A stretch of DNA of 64,000 nt from an uncultured Gammaproteobacteria bacterium (GCA_964355175.1 CAYHBZ010000001.1:304523-368522); one strand, 5' to 3'; numbered from the stretch's first letter, positions 43,756 through 54,937 are shown. Numbers and translations: made by a program. Notes: generated from the letters alone by a model not told the origin.

Positions 43756-46700
43756 CTATGGATTTTCTATTTTATTTACTGGCACAACTACTCTAGACTT
43801 AAATAAAGTATTAGAGTGAGAATTTTCAGATGTATCAGTATATATAGAATAAAAACTACACTCTTGCATTTTACCATCATAGCAACTACTTGTACCATCT
43901 GTACCTGCAGTTTCACTATCCACACAAGTACCATTACACCATCCCCAATTATCCAACACCTGAACTTTTGGTTGATAAACACAGCAACCGCCCAGTTTGG
44001 CATCATCCCATTTTGTCTTTTGAACACCACTGAGGACATCACAATTTTCATGCCAGATAGGAGCGCCTTCTTGGCCAGTACAATTATAATAAACTGTGGC
44101 GGTATATGGATGGAGATCACAGCTTTGATTTAGAATATATCCAAAGGCAGGAGCTTTGGTCTCATCAGCGGTACACTGAGGCAACAACTTGCCGTTACAT
44201 TCACTATCCATAGTACAAGGCACACTAGAACCGTTACATACACCGGCTTTACACATACCGCCTATAAAGTATCCGCGCTGATTCCAAAAACTACCATCAC
44301 TGGTTTTTTTGATATCACTTGGATCACCGGTACCCGGGTCAATAATAATTCTTCGCACCGGCATATGATCTGAGTCGGCATTATAGAAGAATTTGAAACT
44401 TGCTTCGTATGGCTTGGTGTCGATGACCAGATGATCAGTAGCGGATGCGGGCAATTTATTGTTAATGTTGAAACCATCCTGGAATATTTCCTGACATTTG
44501 CCGCTGGTGTCACAATCACCGACCGGATGTACTTGAGGAACTGATTTAGAAGGATCGTGGGCATCGCCATTATAATTTGTAGCTATATTAGTCACATCCA
44601 AATCTTTGGTAGTCAAAACCAATTTATCACTGGTGGTTGGCGATCTATATAATTGAGTTTTGTTATCAGAGAATATACTGATATTGCCAAACGGAATCTT
44701 AGCATAAACCTGCACGAGCAAACTCAGCGACTCTTTGATCTTGTCTACCAAAGGCTTACCACTGGTTGGGGCTTTGGAACTCATATTCTTTGGCAAACAT
44801 ACTTTCACCTGATCTCCAACACAACTATTTTCGTAACAAGCGGCATCAGTAGCACAACCTAAAGTACTGCTAACTACCCCATTGAAACTACAGTTACCTG
44901 CACAGAAGAAACCATTCTTTTCACAATTACTACTGCCATTGGCAGCATTACAGTCCAAAGCCATCTTTGGCGTGGTTGTACTACTGGTACAAGAGTTGGC
45001 TGAAAGATTACAAACCGAAGTATCGCCAAAAGCATTCTTACACTTAGTATTATCACCGGTACCGTCGGAATTTTTACATTTAAATTGACAAGTATTGTTG
45101 TTACCATGATTAGCACAAACGATATTGTAATTACAATTACTGTCTTGAGTACAACTGGAATAACTGGCAAGACTCCAGCGATCATAAGTTAAATTATTTG
45201 AGGTAAAACCTTTGTATCCTACAGGAGAACCTTTAGGACACATAGCTGTACTAAGCGGCTCTTCAAAAATTCCATTCGTGCCAAAACAAGAACGTAATAA
45301 ATACAACGGACTATTAGGGCTTTTGGTTTTAGAGTCATTCATGAAAGCGAACGGTGAGCTGGTAGCTTCACGAGTAAAATTCACTTTATTTTTATAAACG
45401 GCATCTACATTGGAAACATCTATCGTTTTGAAATCGCTTTTGGTATATTTCCACAACCTATCCGCCCAAGGTGCAAATTTTGTATCCAAACTGTCGAACT
45501 GGACATAGGCCTGGCAACCAATCTGAGTGTTTTGGAAACTTGACATAATGTTTGAATACCAAGTACCGTCCGGATAAGCTTTTGGTTCATCCGGCACACA
45601 GTGGGTATAACACCAATCTGGGTCATAATTATCACAGCCCTTAATTCCGCTAGCGGCTTTATAATCACTATGGAAACCTACGCCACAGATAGTGTGTGGA
45701 GATTCTTCAAAACCGTCATCAAGCGCAAGGGCAAACACACAATCAGAATCTGAATTATACACGTTAGCAGATGTATTAAAACATCTATCAAAACCACCCA
45801 AATCCGATCTGTAAATATTCGCGGCCACACAATACTTTGTTCCTTCCGGTAGTGCCGCGGCCGACTGTGGATTACTGCCATTGATATCCACTGATCCCTC
45901 TATTGAACCAAGTGGCAACCAACTCATACATGGATATTGTGGATCGTCCTTTGTACCACCAATTACTCTAGATTTATCATACTCCAAACAAAAACCTTTC
46001 CAACCATACAAATTTTGAATTTTATTATCTTTTATCTGACAGGTACCTCCGGCTTTTTCACATTCTCCTGGTGGCAATTGAGCCGGATTTTTAGCATCAA
46101 AAGCAACACTACATGGCTGATCATCTTTTGAACCACCTAAACATACACCTTTATTATCTTCAGCATACACTGTCTTCAAGGAAGAATCATTTTTCTGAGA
46201 AAAATACTTGACTACGGACTTATTACCAAATGTTACTTTGGCATAATCACAATCACAAACCTGAGCCGCCGGATCTCCGGCATCAAATACAGCACCACCA
46301 TTTTCAAAGCATTTATTTAATTTGGTGGAATCCTTCAAATTATTCGCAAAAATATTTGGAAAAGGAGAGTCTTTTTCCGGATAAGCGCGACAAGCCTTAC
46401 CAATACTAGAAGCGGCCAAATCACTATTTTTGCCATCATTACCTTGCAAACACCATCCATTTGTACAAACACCGTCATTTTGTGCACCACAAGATACAGT
46501 AGTTGTAGCTGATTTACAACCAAATTTATTACTACCACCCGCGCACTTTGTGACATCATTTCCACAAGGAATAAGCCTAAGCAATCTCCAATCAGGATCG
46601 GGATCAGAAGCTTTGGCGATATTAAATTGCCACAATTCCTCTACCGGATAACTTCCCAAAATAGACAGACCTACTAACTCTCTTCCTTTCCAGGACACAT

Positions 46701-49700
46701 CGCGAGTTACATATTTTTCTTCAGTCAAAACCTTATTGGAATACTCACTTTGTCCGGTAATAAATTCGGCGCAATTTGCAGCTTGCCCATTTGGATCACT
46801 GGCACTAGGCAACTTGTCACAGAGGCCAATCGCGGTACACTGGGAAACTTTTTTATTTTGTTTATCATCCCATTTGTCGGTGCTGGCTTTGCATTGGAGC
46901 CATTCCGCGCATTCGCGATCACGCTTCACTGAAATAATACGATTAGCGTCTAGATTACCAGTAGTCATTGGATTGACTTTGGTGACTGCAAATAAATTAC
47001 CACTGATATCGCCCAAAGTACTATCGCTTTTGGCGTAGGTAGCTACAGTATCATATACCTTGGTTGGTTTATCGGTTTGATCAAACAGCGCACACCCGGC
47101 TTTTTGACTAACCTGTCCAGCACAATCACCTTCTGTTAGTTTAGTATTGTCAAACAAATAATAAGTTTGATCTTTATCAGCGTGGTCAATAAATTCAGAA
47201 CAGGTATCTTGTTCAGCCGGACACTCACCTACAAAATTTTTGTATTTGCCGGTATCACCAAATGACCACAGGTTAAAATAATTTCCATTTTTCTTATAAT
47301 CAGGATAGCAGGCTTGTTTGTCTTTCAGGTCGGGCAAACAAATATTTCCGCCAGAACATTCATCATTACTGCTACAGAAAGTTTGTGGATTGGCCACAGC
47401 CAAAGTAGTGCTGTTGCCACAGACACTCACACCTTTCCAAAACCAACCGGATATAGGTTGTTTGGATATCGGATCATTGAAGGTTCGCAGGGAACAAATT
47501 TTATTTCCACTCACAGCCGGATCTTTGAAATAGGCTGTACCTTTGCTGGAATTATAAGCATCACAACCTACCGCTTCCGCTTTACACAAAATACCACTTT
47601 TCGGACCAGCGTCACTAGTATTATCTTCAAACTGATTTGGATCAATTTTTACTGTGGTAGTAACATATTTTATTTTACCGGTCGCAGTCAAAGTCTGTTT
47701 ACCGGCATAGGTACAACCAAGATCTACAGCATTACAACTACTATTACTCTTACCATCGGCCACTAGATATATAGTACTACTGTCGGTACTATCGGCTGGG
47801 ACATAATAGGTCGAATCCAATACTTGCGGATGAGACAAACTACTATTATTTATATTGGCAGCAGTAATCTCGGACAAAGTAAATCCTTTTATATTCATAT
47901 AACAGCCACTCTTGCCCTGCTCTACCTGACAAGAGAACGACTTCCCGCCTACCACAGCAGTGCTCTTGGTACCGCCAATGCCCGACAAGAATACATTATA
48001 GGCGCGCGGACCGGCATCGGATACTTTATTAAAAGTATCTTTAAAAGCGGTACAACCAATAGCACCATCACGACAGAGATAACTAAAGTTGGTAAGGTAA
48101 TACAAAGTATCACCCAAACTATTTTTTGGACCGGTGTAAGCGGTACAGCCCAAAGCGGCGCCCGGTAAATTATCAGCCGGTTCGTCATCGCAAATTGAAT
48201 CCACTCGCAAAGAATTCTTTACCAAGTAGATATAATCGGAGACTTTTGTCAGACGAATATTATCCAAGAATAGACTACCGCTACCATTTAAAGTAAAGAT
48301 AAGACTGTTTAAAGTGGCGGTATCGGAAGATGGTAATTTAATGTTGAATTTGAATACTTGCCAGTTGTTATTGGCGCTAAAAATTGAAATATCAGTTGTC
48401 TTGCCGTTGTTGTCACTCATTTTCACAGACGCATTTAGACCGGTCCCTTTGGCCCAGAAAGTGAGATCATAACTCTGATCAGAAGCCTTGTCCACATCGC
48501 CACCCGAAACCGGTACAGATTTGGAAAGTACTGCGTTGTTGCCGGACAGTTCCAAGGAATGTTCACCGGCGTGATTTGATTCATTAGACCATACTACCGT
48601 GCCACCGTTTACCGACCAGCCTTTGGCCGCGGAAACTGAATCGGCAGTTTCAAAGGTAATGATAGGATTAGTGCTGCTGGCATCCAAACCAATAGTTTGA
48701 ATATTATTACCGTGATTGCCTTTATAGGCGCGACAAGAAACCATCTCAGCCGCGCAAGTCTGGCTGGATTGGTTGTGACTTATTATACCTCCTGGCAAAC
48801 CATAATAATAACAAGCACCATCTTTGGCTTCGCCGTTGCCAAAACATTTGTCTGGACCAGCCATTTCGTCACTATTTAGACGATACTGTGCACAGTCGGC
48901 GGATACTACCACAGTAGTGTGCATCAGAGCATAGTAAACATTGCCTTGATCATCATTAAATTGTCGACAATCCGGATCAGCAGTTCCGCTCTTATATAAT
49001 TTTTCATTACATTGATATTGCTTGGCATAGTTGCGCTCAACATCATCCTTAAATACTGTCAAAGGATTACCGTCAGTATATTTTTGCAAAGTATATGATT
49101 GTAATTGATAGCCACCAACTTTTGAACCTTCGTAAGTATAGAAATTTTTCTGTTTATTTTCATCCGGCTTGATACAACTGCGCAACAGGGTAAAATTTTC
49201 TACTTTTTCACCACCGTCTTGCGAGGATTCCATATTAGTGAAACCGGTACAATTATCGTCCGCCACAGTACATTCTTTGCCGGATTCAAAATTATTATAT
49301 TTGGAAGGAGGCACTATATAAGCGAGCGGATTGCCGCCGGAATAAGTGGTAGGCATTTCTTGATAGGCATTATACCCTACACAGCGGGCATCACACTGGT
49401 CGTTCCAGGCCGTGACAGTGTTATTGTCTACCTGGGCCGCCAAAAATTTACCGGGAATACCAGGAGCATCAGTGTCATTTACATTTTTGAATATCGAACA
49501 GCCGACTTCGCTAGCAATACAAACCTTGGCATAGCTGTCGCACTCTGTTTTTGGAGTCATCTTGATAAGATCGGACAAACTCTGTGGCCAATTTATACCA
49601 TTGGCACTGTTGGCATCTTTATCATAACAATTCAAATAATCCGGAGCTTTTTTGAGATATACCAAATCAGTATTAACATTACTCACACTTGGAGCATTTC

Positions 49701-51705
49701 CAGCGCTGGCATTTTTTACCAATCTAAAAGCACTACAACCGGCGGCTGAAGCATCACAGCTAGAAACTTTGTTATTTAAATAAATACCTTTGTTGGAAAT
49801 ATCAGTATAAGGAGCACTAAGCGCGGTAGATGTTGTCCAGCCAGCATTATTTTGATTCAAACTATACGCGCTACAACCAACATCATTTTGTTCACAACTG
49901 CCGGTATCTAAAGTGCGATACAAATAACCAACCTGCTCACCCTGACTATTGGTAAATGAGCGGCAAGTAGCATATTTTGGTTCACATTTTTGACCTTCCT
50001 CAAACTTCCAGACATTTTTTTCACGCACACAGTTGCCATAGCCTATACAATGACCGGTGCTGTCGCGACCCACGCAGGTTTTGATATCCATACATTCCTC
50101 TAAACGATCCGGCACATCCGCACCTACCGGAGTTGTGCCATACCCCAGAGCATCACAACGAGTTTGTTCTAATTTTACTACCCAATTTGGATCTACCAAA
50201 TGACAATATGGGAAATTGGTCGGATCATCATTTACGCTAAGCACATTGCCTTGTGCGTCTTTTACATAACTACATTTATAAAAACTTTTCACTACCTCTT
50301 CTAGAGTGGCGGGATTATCCGGATCACTGCGTTTGGCTGCAATCTCCATGCCTAATGGGAAAATACCAAGCTGGCGCAACACCGCGATATTGCTATAGCA
50401 ATAATTATTATCTTTATCAAAACAACGTGGGTCCTGATTGGCCGTAACATTGGTCGGTGGAATCAATTTGGAGGTAGGGTGTAAAAAACCGCGCTTCATC
50501 GCCTCGGCGATGGTGAGAGGATCTCCATGTTTGGCTTCTTGGATAGCTTGGACCAAGCTATCATCAGCACGACAGTTGTATACACCATGCGAATCACAAC
50601 TATTGAGCTGGGTCAAAATATCATAATCCTCGGCCGCGGTTAATTTTGGTGTCAAAAATTCACTAAAGACAGCTTCGGCGGCGGCGCGACCGGCCAGTTC
50701 GGTACCGGCGCTGTTTGGATTCTGACCAACATTAGCAGCTGGACATTTGCCGCTACCGGTAACACCTGGAATACTCACACAGCCGGCTCCAAACGGGAGC
50801 ATTCCATTTTCTCGGAAATTTTTGAGCATCTGACTGGAGAGAGTATTCAAAAATATACTGAGGGTGGAAGGGATAATTTCATAAGCACCAGATCCCATGG
50901 CGGCGCCAATCTGAGCTTGGCTTTTATCGTTTTGTTTGTTGGGCGCATTGGCTTTCATTTCGTCAGCCGTTACTTGAGCTGGCGTTTTGATGCGGTTATC
51001 AATCAGACCGGTCACAGCTTTGAAACCGCCGCCCTCGGCACGGGTAGCTCTGGCATCATCAGTCTGCTGAGCGTAGAGACGGTCAATTTTTTCAGTAGTT
51101 TTAATATTTATACCCAAATCAGTATCATCCACTTTTAAAGAAGCGGAAAAAACTTTACTAGGGTCAATTCCATTATTATAAACACTACTCAAAGAATTAC
51201 CCCAATTAGTGGAAAAAGTTCGTAAATTACAAGCCGGCTTGGGCGGATTGGCACCATAATTATAGTTCAAACCTATTCTGAGGGCTAGATCCAACTTGAT
51301 ATCTGGCACTTTACATAGATCCAAGCCGAAAGTTTTTCCCAGACTATCGATAGCGGCACCGGCGGCGTCATTACCCACATCTTTGAGATAGCCGCCCACA
51401 CTCTTGGTATGAGCAAACGGATTCTGACCTTTGCCACCCGAAGCCAACCAGACGGCGCTGTCATAGGCCACTTTACGCATAAAATAACCGACAGCTTGTT
51501 GAGCGGCATTCATCACGGCAATTTTCCAACCATTTTTAATTGTGTCCCATATGCTTTTCGCCTGTGCCTGAACATCAGCAATAACTGAAACTGGCAACTG
51601 AGCCTGAGCCGGCTGAGCGGACAAAATAAATTCAGTAAATGAAGAAAAAACAAATAGAGTCAAAAGTATGCCGACCGCGAATTTTTTTGTTTTTCTAAAA
51701 AACAT
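43756..51705 (-). CDS. Giant Cys-rich secreted protein (2649 aa) with no domain I can name
   Basis: The ORF is uninterrupted over 7.9 kb. It has a signal-like N-terminus (FAVGILLTLFVFSSFTEFILSAQPAQA). Cysteines are very frequent throughout, often as C-x(n)-C pairs. Confidence 0.85.
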   Translation of the reverse strand: MFFRKTKKFAVGILLTLFVFSSFTEFILSAQPAQAQLPVSVIADVQAQAKSIWDTIKNGWKIAVMNAAQQAVGYFMRKVAYDSAVWLASGGKGQNPFAHTKSVGGYLKDVGNDAAGAAIDSLGKTFGLDLCKVPDIKLDLALRIGLNYNYGANPPKPACNLRTFSTNWGNSLSSVYNNGIDPSKVFSASLKVDDTDLGINIKTTEKIDRLYAQQTDDARATRAEGGGFKAVTGLIDNRIKTPAQVTADEMKANAPNKQNDKSQAQIGAAMGSGAYEIIPSTLSIFLNTLSSQMLKNFRENGMLPFGAGCVSIPGVTGSGKCPAANVGQNPNSAGTELAGRAAAEAVFSEFLTPKLTAAEDYDILTQLNSCDSHGVYNCRADDSLVQAIQEAKHGDPLTIAEAMKRGFLHPTSKLIPPTNVTANQDPRCFDKDNNYCYSNIAVLRQLGIFPLGMEIAAKRSDPDNPATLEEVVKSFYKCSYVKDAQGNVLSVNDDPTNFPYCHLVDPNWVVKLEQTRCDALGYGTTPVGADVPDRLEECMDIKTCVGRDSTGHCIGYGNCVREKNVWKFEEGQKCEPKYATCRSFTNSQGEQVGYLYRTLDTGSCEQNDVGCSAYSLNQNNAGWTTSTALSAPYTDISNKGIYLNNKVSSCDASAAGCSAFRLVKNASAGNAPSVSNVNTDLVYLKKAPDYLNCYDKDANSANGINWPQSLSDLIKMTPKTECDSYAKVCIASEVGCSIFKNVNDTDAPGIPGKFLAAQVDNNTVTAWNDQCDARCVGYNAYQEMPTTYSGGNPLAYIVPPSKYNNFESGKECTVADDNCTGFTNMESSQDGGEKVENFTLLRSCIKPDENKQKNFYTYEGSKVGGYQLQSYTLQKYTDGNPLTVFKDDVERNYAKQYQCNEKLYKSGTADPDCRQFNDDQGNVYYALMHTTVVVSADCAQYRLNSDEMAGPDKCFGNGEAKDGACYYYGLPGGIISHNQSSQTCAAEMVSCRAYKGNHGNNIQTIGLDASSTNPIITFETADSVSAAKGWSVNGGTVVWSNESNHAGEHSLELSGNNAVLSKSVPVSGGDVDKASDQSYDLTFWAKGTGLNASVKMSDNNGKTTDISIFSANNNWQVFKFNIKLPSSDTATLNSLIFTLNGSGSLFLDNIRLTKVSDYIYLVKNSLRVDSICDDEPADNLPGAALGCTAYTGPKNSLGDTLYYLTNFSYLCRDGAIGCTAFKDTFNKVSDAGPRAYNVFLSGIGGTKSTAVVGGKSFSCQVEQGKSGCYMNIKGFTLSEITAANINNSSLSHPQVLDSTYYVPADSTDSSTIYLVADGKSNSSCNAVDLGCTYAGKQTLTATGKIKYVTTTVKIDPNQFEDNTSDAGPKSGILCKAEAVGCDAYNSSKGTAYFKDPAVSGNKICSLRTFNDPISKQPISGWFWKGVSVCGNSTTLAVANPQTFCSSNDECSGGNICLPDLKDKQACYPDYKKNGNYFNLWSFGDTGKYKNFVGECPAEQDTCSEFIDHADKDQTYYLFDNTKLTEGDCAGQVSQKAGCALFDQTDKPTKVYDTVATYAKSDSTLGDISGNLFAVTKVNPMTTGNLDANRIISVKRDRECAEWLQCKASTDKWDDKQNKKVSQCTAIGLCDKLPSASDPNGQAANCAEFITGQSEYSNKVLTEEKYVTRDVSWKGRELVGLSILGSYPVEELWQFNIAKASDPDPDWRLLRLIPCGNDVTKCAGGSNKFGCKSATTTVSCGAQNDGVCTNGWCLQGNDGKNSDLAASSIGKACRAYPEKDSPFPNIFANNLKDSTKLNKCFENGGAVFDAGDPAAQVCDCDYAKVTFGNKSVVKYFSQKNDSSLKTVYAEDNKGVCLGGSKDDQPCSVAFDAKNPAQLPPGECEKAGGTCQIKDNKIQNLYGWKGFCLEYDKSRVIGGTKDDPQYPCMSWLPLGSIEGSVDINGSNPQSAAALPEGTKYCVAANIYRSDLGGFDRCFNTSANVYNSDSDCVFALALDDGFEESPHTICGVGFHSDYKAASGIKGCDNYDPDWCYTHCVPDEPKAYPDGTWYSNIMSSFQNTQIGCQAYVQFDSLDTKFAPWADRLWKYTKSDFKTIDVSNVDAVYKNKVNFTREATSSPFAFMNDSKTKSPNSPLYLLRSCFGTNGIFEEPLSTAMCPKGSPVGYKGFTSNNLTYDRWSLASYSSCTQDSNCNYNIVCANHGNNNTCQFKCKNSDGTGDNTKCKNAFGDTSVCNLSANSCTSSTTTPKMALDCNAANGSSNCEKNGFFCAGNCSFNGVVSSTLGCATDAACYENSCVGDQVKVCLPKNMSSKAPTSGKPLVDKIKESLSLLVQVYAKIPFGNISIFSDNKTQLYRSPTTSDKLVLTTKDLDVTNIATNYNGDAHDPSKSVPQVHPVGDCDTSGKCQEIFQDGFNINNKLPASATDHLVIDTKPYEASFKFFYNADSDHMPVRRIIIDPGTGDPSDIKKTSDGSFWNQRGYFIGGMCKAGVCNGSSVPCTMDSECNGKLLPQCTADETKAPAFGYILNQSCDLHPYTATVYYNCTGQEGAPIWHENCDVLSGVQKTKWDDAKLGGCCVYQPKVQVLDNWGWCNGTCVDSETAGTDGTSSCYDGKMQECSFYSIYTDTSENSHSNTLFKSRVVVPVNKIENP

Positions 51706-51718
51706 ATTAGGGTTTGGG

Positions 51719-52381
51719 CTATCTATTAGCAGACGAAGTGGAAATATTATTTAAATTTTGAATATTGTTGTTGGTATTATTTGGACTCATCATTTCCTGT
51801 ATCATCTGCATCAATTCAGCATCGCTATAATTATCCACGATTTCTTTTTTTACACCGGCACCTATCAACATCGCTCTGACCTGAACCGGATCTTTTATTG
51901 CCTGCTCTAGATTTGTAATCGGAGCGGTAGCCGGAGCCTGCAAATCAGCTGGCGTGGCACCGACAGTGCTGGTAGCGGAAACCTCAGTAGCTTCTAGGGC
52001 CTGTCCACAATCAGTGCCTTCGGCACACAGCGGATTGGTTTTGGTCTGTATTTCTTTGCCATCCAGGATGCTATCGCCATCGGTATCAGGCAAATAAGGA
52101 CTGGTGCCATAAACATAAAGCTCGTCAAAATCACTCAGCTCATCGCGATCGGTATCACGAAATCTCAAAGCATCCACGGTATCTACCTGATCTTTTATTG
52201 AAGCGGAAATTTCTTTGTTAAGAGCGAAGCGACTATAGATATTATTGCGAATTTGCAAAACACCCAAACCAATCGCTAAAATAGCAAAAGCCAACAGCAA
52301 GACAAAACCAATCTTCTGTTCTTTAGTTAAGATTGAGCTAATAGTTTTTTGACTGTCAGCCATAACCAGAATTAATTTCAT
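51719..52381 (-). CDS. Membrane-anchored protein with thrombospondin type-3-like calcium-binding repeats
   Basis: A TM segment (IGFVLLLAFAILAIGLGVLQI) is followed by DTDRDELSDFDE and DTDGDSILDGKE, which fit the D-x-D-x-D-G motif. The stop lies 13 nt upstream of the giant gene start. Confidence 0.65.
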   Translation of the reverse strand: MKLILVMADSQKTISSILTKEQKIGFVLLLAFAILAIGLGVLQIRNNIYSRFALNKEISASIKDQVDTVDALRFRDTDRDELSDFDELYVYGTSPYLPDTDGDSILDGKEIQTKTNPLCAEGTDCGQALEATEVSATSTVGATPADLQAPATAPITNLEQAIKDPVQVRAMLIGAGVKKEIVDNYSDAELMQMIQEMMSPNNTNNNIQNLNNISTSSANR

Positions 52382-52406
52382 TAATTATACCACAGAAACC
52401 ACATTA

Positions 52407-53258
52407 TTATAATGTGGATATCTTTGATAGCTGCTCCCAATTAGCAACTGACAGCTCTTGCGCCCGCACTGTTTCTGAAAAGCCCATATTTTTTAGGGCT
52501 AATTGAAGTTTTTCTTTGTTTTGTTTGCCGAAATAAGGCAGAAGATTTTTTATCAACAATTTACGTTTCTGAGCAAAACCAATTTTCACCATTTGAAAAA
52601 ACTTTTTATTATATTCGGCATCAGGTCGTTTCTGATCTATTTTTATTTTTAATACGGCCGAGTCCACCTGAGGCGAGGGCCAAAAATTATTTCTATTTAC
52701 TTCCCCTACCATCTCCGCTTGGCCAAAATATTGCACTGCGATAGCCAACACTGACATATCGCCCGGCTTGGAACAAATACGCTGAGCCACTTCTTTTTGT
52801 ACCATTAGGGTCATCTCTTTTGGTTTATTGGATAAATCTTCCAAAAATAGCTTCAGAACCGGCGAAGTGATTTGATATGGCAAATTGGCCACCACTTTAT
52901 AATTTTTGGGAAATATTTTCGGATCGGCGCGCAGGACATTGCCCCAAATAATTTCAAAATTATCTTCTTGGCTTTGGGCCAAACGCGAGCTGATTTCTTG
53001 CCAATACGCCTCAAGTTTTTTTTCAATTTCAAAAGCCAGCAATTTTTTTACTTTCGCGGCCAGATCCAAAGTAAGGATGCCAAAACCAGGACCGACTTCG
53101 ATCACGGTATCTTTTTTATTTACTCCGCTCACAGCAATGATCATATCAATGACCTCCGGATTGATTAGATAATTTTGACCGTATTCTTTGGATGGTCGCA
53201 GCTGAAATTTCGCACAAAGATGTTTGAGATAATCAACATTAAAAAGTTTTTCATTCAT
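52407..53258 (-). CDS. rsmA: 16S rRNA (adenine1518/1519-N6)-dimethyltransferase
   Basis: YGQNYLINPEVID, VIEVGPGFGILT and ANLPYQITSP are KsgA/RsmA motifs. Confidence 0.9.
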   Translation of the reverse strand: MNEKLFNVDYLKHLCAKFQLRPSKEYGQNYLINPEVIDMIIAVSGVNKKDTVIEVGPGFGILTLDLAAKVKKLLAFEIEKKLEAYWQEISSRLAQSQEDNFEIIWGNVLRADPKIFPKNYKVVANLPYQITSPVLKLFLEDLSNKPKEMTLMVQKEVAQRICSKPGDMSVLAIAVQYFGQAEMVGEVNRNNFWPSPQVDSAVLKIKIDQKRPDAEYNKKFFQMVKIGFAQKRKLLIKNLLPYFGKQNKEKLQLALKNMGFSETVRAQELSVANWEQLSKISTL

Positions 53259-53259
53259 A

Positions 53260-53859
53260 TTATATTTGTACTTCCAAACCGCCTTGTCTTAACATTTTTA
53301 TTTTATTCCCGACAGCCGATACGATAGTGGTGTGAGGATTATGAGGCAATTCGCCATAATCCAAAATAATATCCGGTTGCTCCGATAGGGATTTAAATAT
53401 TTCATAAAACTCAGCGGCGGAATAACAGCTAGGCTGACCAGCTAAATTGGCGGAAGTGGCGACAAGCGGTCTTTGGATTTTTTCCGTAATTGATTTTATC
53501 AGCGGATAATCGGATACGCGTATGGCTACCGTATTATTTTTACCTACCACTCCCTTGGCCAATTTACCTAGAGCATAGTTACCTACCACGGTAATAGGAC
53601 CAGGCCAATAAGCATGGGCCAGACGATTTAAATTATAATTCCAGAGCAAATATTTTTTGGCCATTTCGATACTATTTACGGTTACTAGTAATGGCTTGTC
53701 GTCACTGCGGCCTTTGATTTTGAAAATTCTATCTACCGCCGCTTGATTGGTAGCGTCACAGCCTAGGCCGTAAGAAGTCTCAGTTGGAAAAACCAAAACT
53801 TTTCCGTTTAAAATTTCGGAAACTACTTGGGCTAGATTGCATTCTGACAGTATTTGCAT
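53260..53859 (-). CDS. tsaC: L-threonylcarbamoyladenylate synthase (YrdC/TsaC type)
   Basis: VLVFPTETSYGLGCDA, IKGRSDDKPL, WPGPITVV and TSANLAGQP are present. The start is placed at the ATG at 53859 (MQILSE), directly after the prfB stop. The longer ORF-track start would overlap prfB by 83 nt. Confidence 0.8.
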   Translation of the reverse strand: MQILSECNLAQVVSEILNGKVLVFPTETSYGLGCDATNQAAVDRIFKIKGRSDDKPLLVTVNSIEMAKKYLLWNYNLNRLAHAYWPGPITVVGNYALGKLAKGVVGKNNTVAIRVSDYPLIKSITEKIQRPLVATSANLAGQPSCYSAAEFYEIFKSLSEQPDIILDYGELPHNPHTTIVSAVGNKIKMLRQGGLEVQI

Positions 53860-53860
53860 A

Positions 53861-54937
53861 TTATTCTTTAATCCATTTGAGATAGGATTCGCACAGTGGC
53901 AATAATTCTCCTTCGAGCACGCCTTCCGGATCGGTACTTTCATAATCGGTGCGATGATCTTTTACCAGATGATACGGATGCAAGACATAACTTCTGATTT
54001 GATTCCCCCACTCAGCGCTTTTGTATTCGCCGCGTAATTCTTTGTGTTCTTTGGCGAGTTTTTCTTCTTCAATACGATACAGCTTCGCTTTGAGAATTTT
54101 CATCGCGGTTTCTTTGTTTTGGGTTTGGGAGCGTTCGTTTTGGCAGGATACGCTGATACCGGTAGGAAGATGAACGATACGCACAGCACTATAGGTGGTG
54201 TTTACACTCTGTCCACCTTTGCCACCGCTCATAAAGGTATCAATACGCAAATCTTTTGGGTCAATACTTACCTCTACTTTGTCATCCAGCTCGGGCAACA
54301 CCTCTACGAGCGCAAAGGAAGTATGTCGCATTTTTTCAGCATCAAACGGCGAAATACGCACGAGACGATGCACACCGTGTTCGGATTTGAGATAGCCAAA
54401 AGCGTAGCGTCCGGACACGCGAAAAGTAATGGATTTGTATCCGGTTTCTTGCCCGCGACTTTCATCCAATATTTCTATACGCCATTTTTGTTTTTCACAA
54501 AATCTGCTAATCATACGCAAAAGCATTTCTGTCCAATCCTGCGCTTCGGTGCCACCACTGCCGGCATGCATGGATACTATGGCGTTGGTCTGATCGTATG
54601 GCCCATTTAAAAGTAAAAATAATTCATATTCCTCAAACTTTTTTTCGAGCTGAGTAATTTGCGCCTCAATTTCTTTTTCCAGACTGGGATCTTCTGACTG
54701 GCTCAGCTCCAAAAGATCATTAGCTTGTTTTTTTATCTCATCCCATTTGTCTACTTCTCCTTTTATATTCTGATAGTCTTGACTTATAGCTTGCGCACTT
54801 TTTTGATCAGACCAAAAATCGGCGGCGTTCATCTGCTTGGCCAATTGCTCCATTTTATTTTTTAAATCCTCTAATTTTAAAAGAGTGACCGCCTCCTCAA
54901 TCTTTTTATTCAAAATCCGCAACTTTTCCAAAAGCAT
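53861..54937 (-). CDS. prfB: Peptide chain release factor 2, a single uninterrupted ORF
   Basis: The SPF tripeptide (RISPFDA) and the GGQ motif (SGGKGGQSVNTT) are present, together with the N-terminal DFWSD region. No frameshift site is needed to obtain the full-length protein. Confidence 0.9.
   Translation of the reverse strand: MLLEKLRILNKKIEEAVTLLKLEDLKNKMEQLAKQMNAADFWSDQKSAQAISQDYQNIKGEVDKWDEIKKQANDLLELSQSEDPSLEKEIEAQITQLEKKFEEYELFLLLNGPYDQTNAIVSMHAGSGGTEAQDWTEMLLRMISRFCEKQKWRIEILDESRGQETGYKSITFRVSGRYAFGYLKSEHGVHRLVRISPFDAEKMRHTSFALVEVLPELDDKVEVSIDPKDLRIDTFMSGGKGGQSVNTTYSAVRIVHLPTGISVSCQNERSQTQNKETAMKILKAKLYRIEEEKLAKEHKELRGEYKSAEWGNQIRSYVLHPYHLVKDHRTDYESTDPEGVLEGELLPLCESYLKWIKE

Noticed and set aside
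53861-54937. Programmed +1 frameshift in prfB, or UGA recoding
   Set aside because: RF2 is encoded as one continuous ORF with an intact N-terminus and no CUU-UGA-type shift site. All long genes read through under the standard code, with TAA or TAG stops in native genes. The standard code 11 therefore fits.
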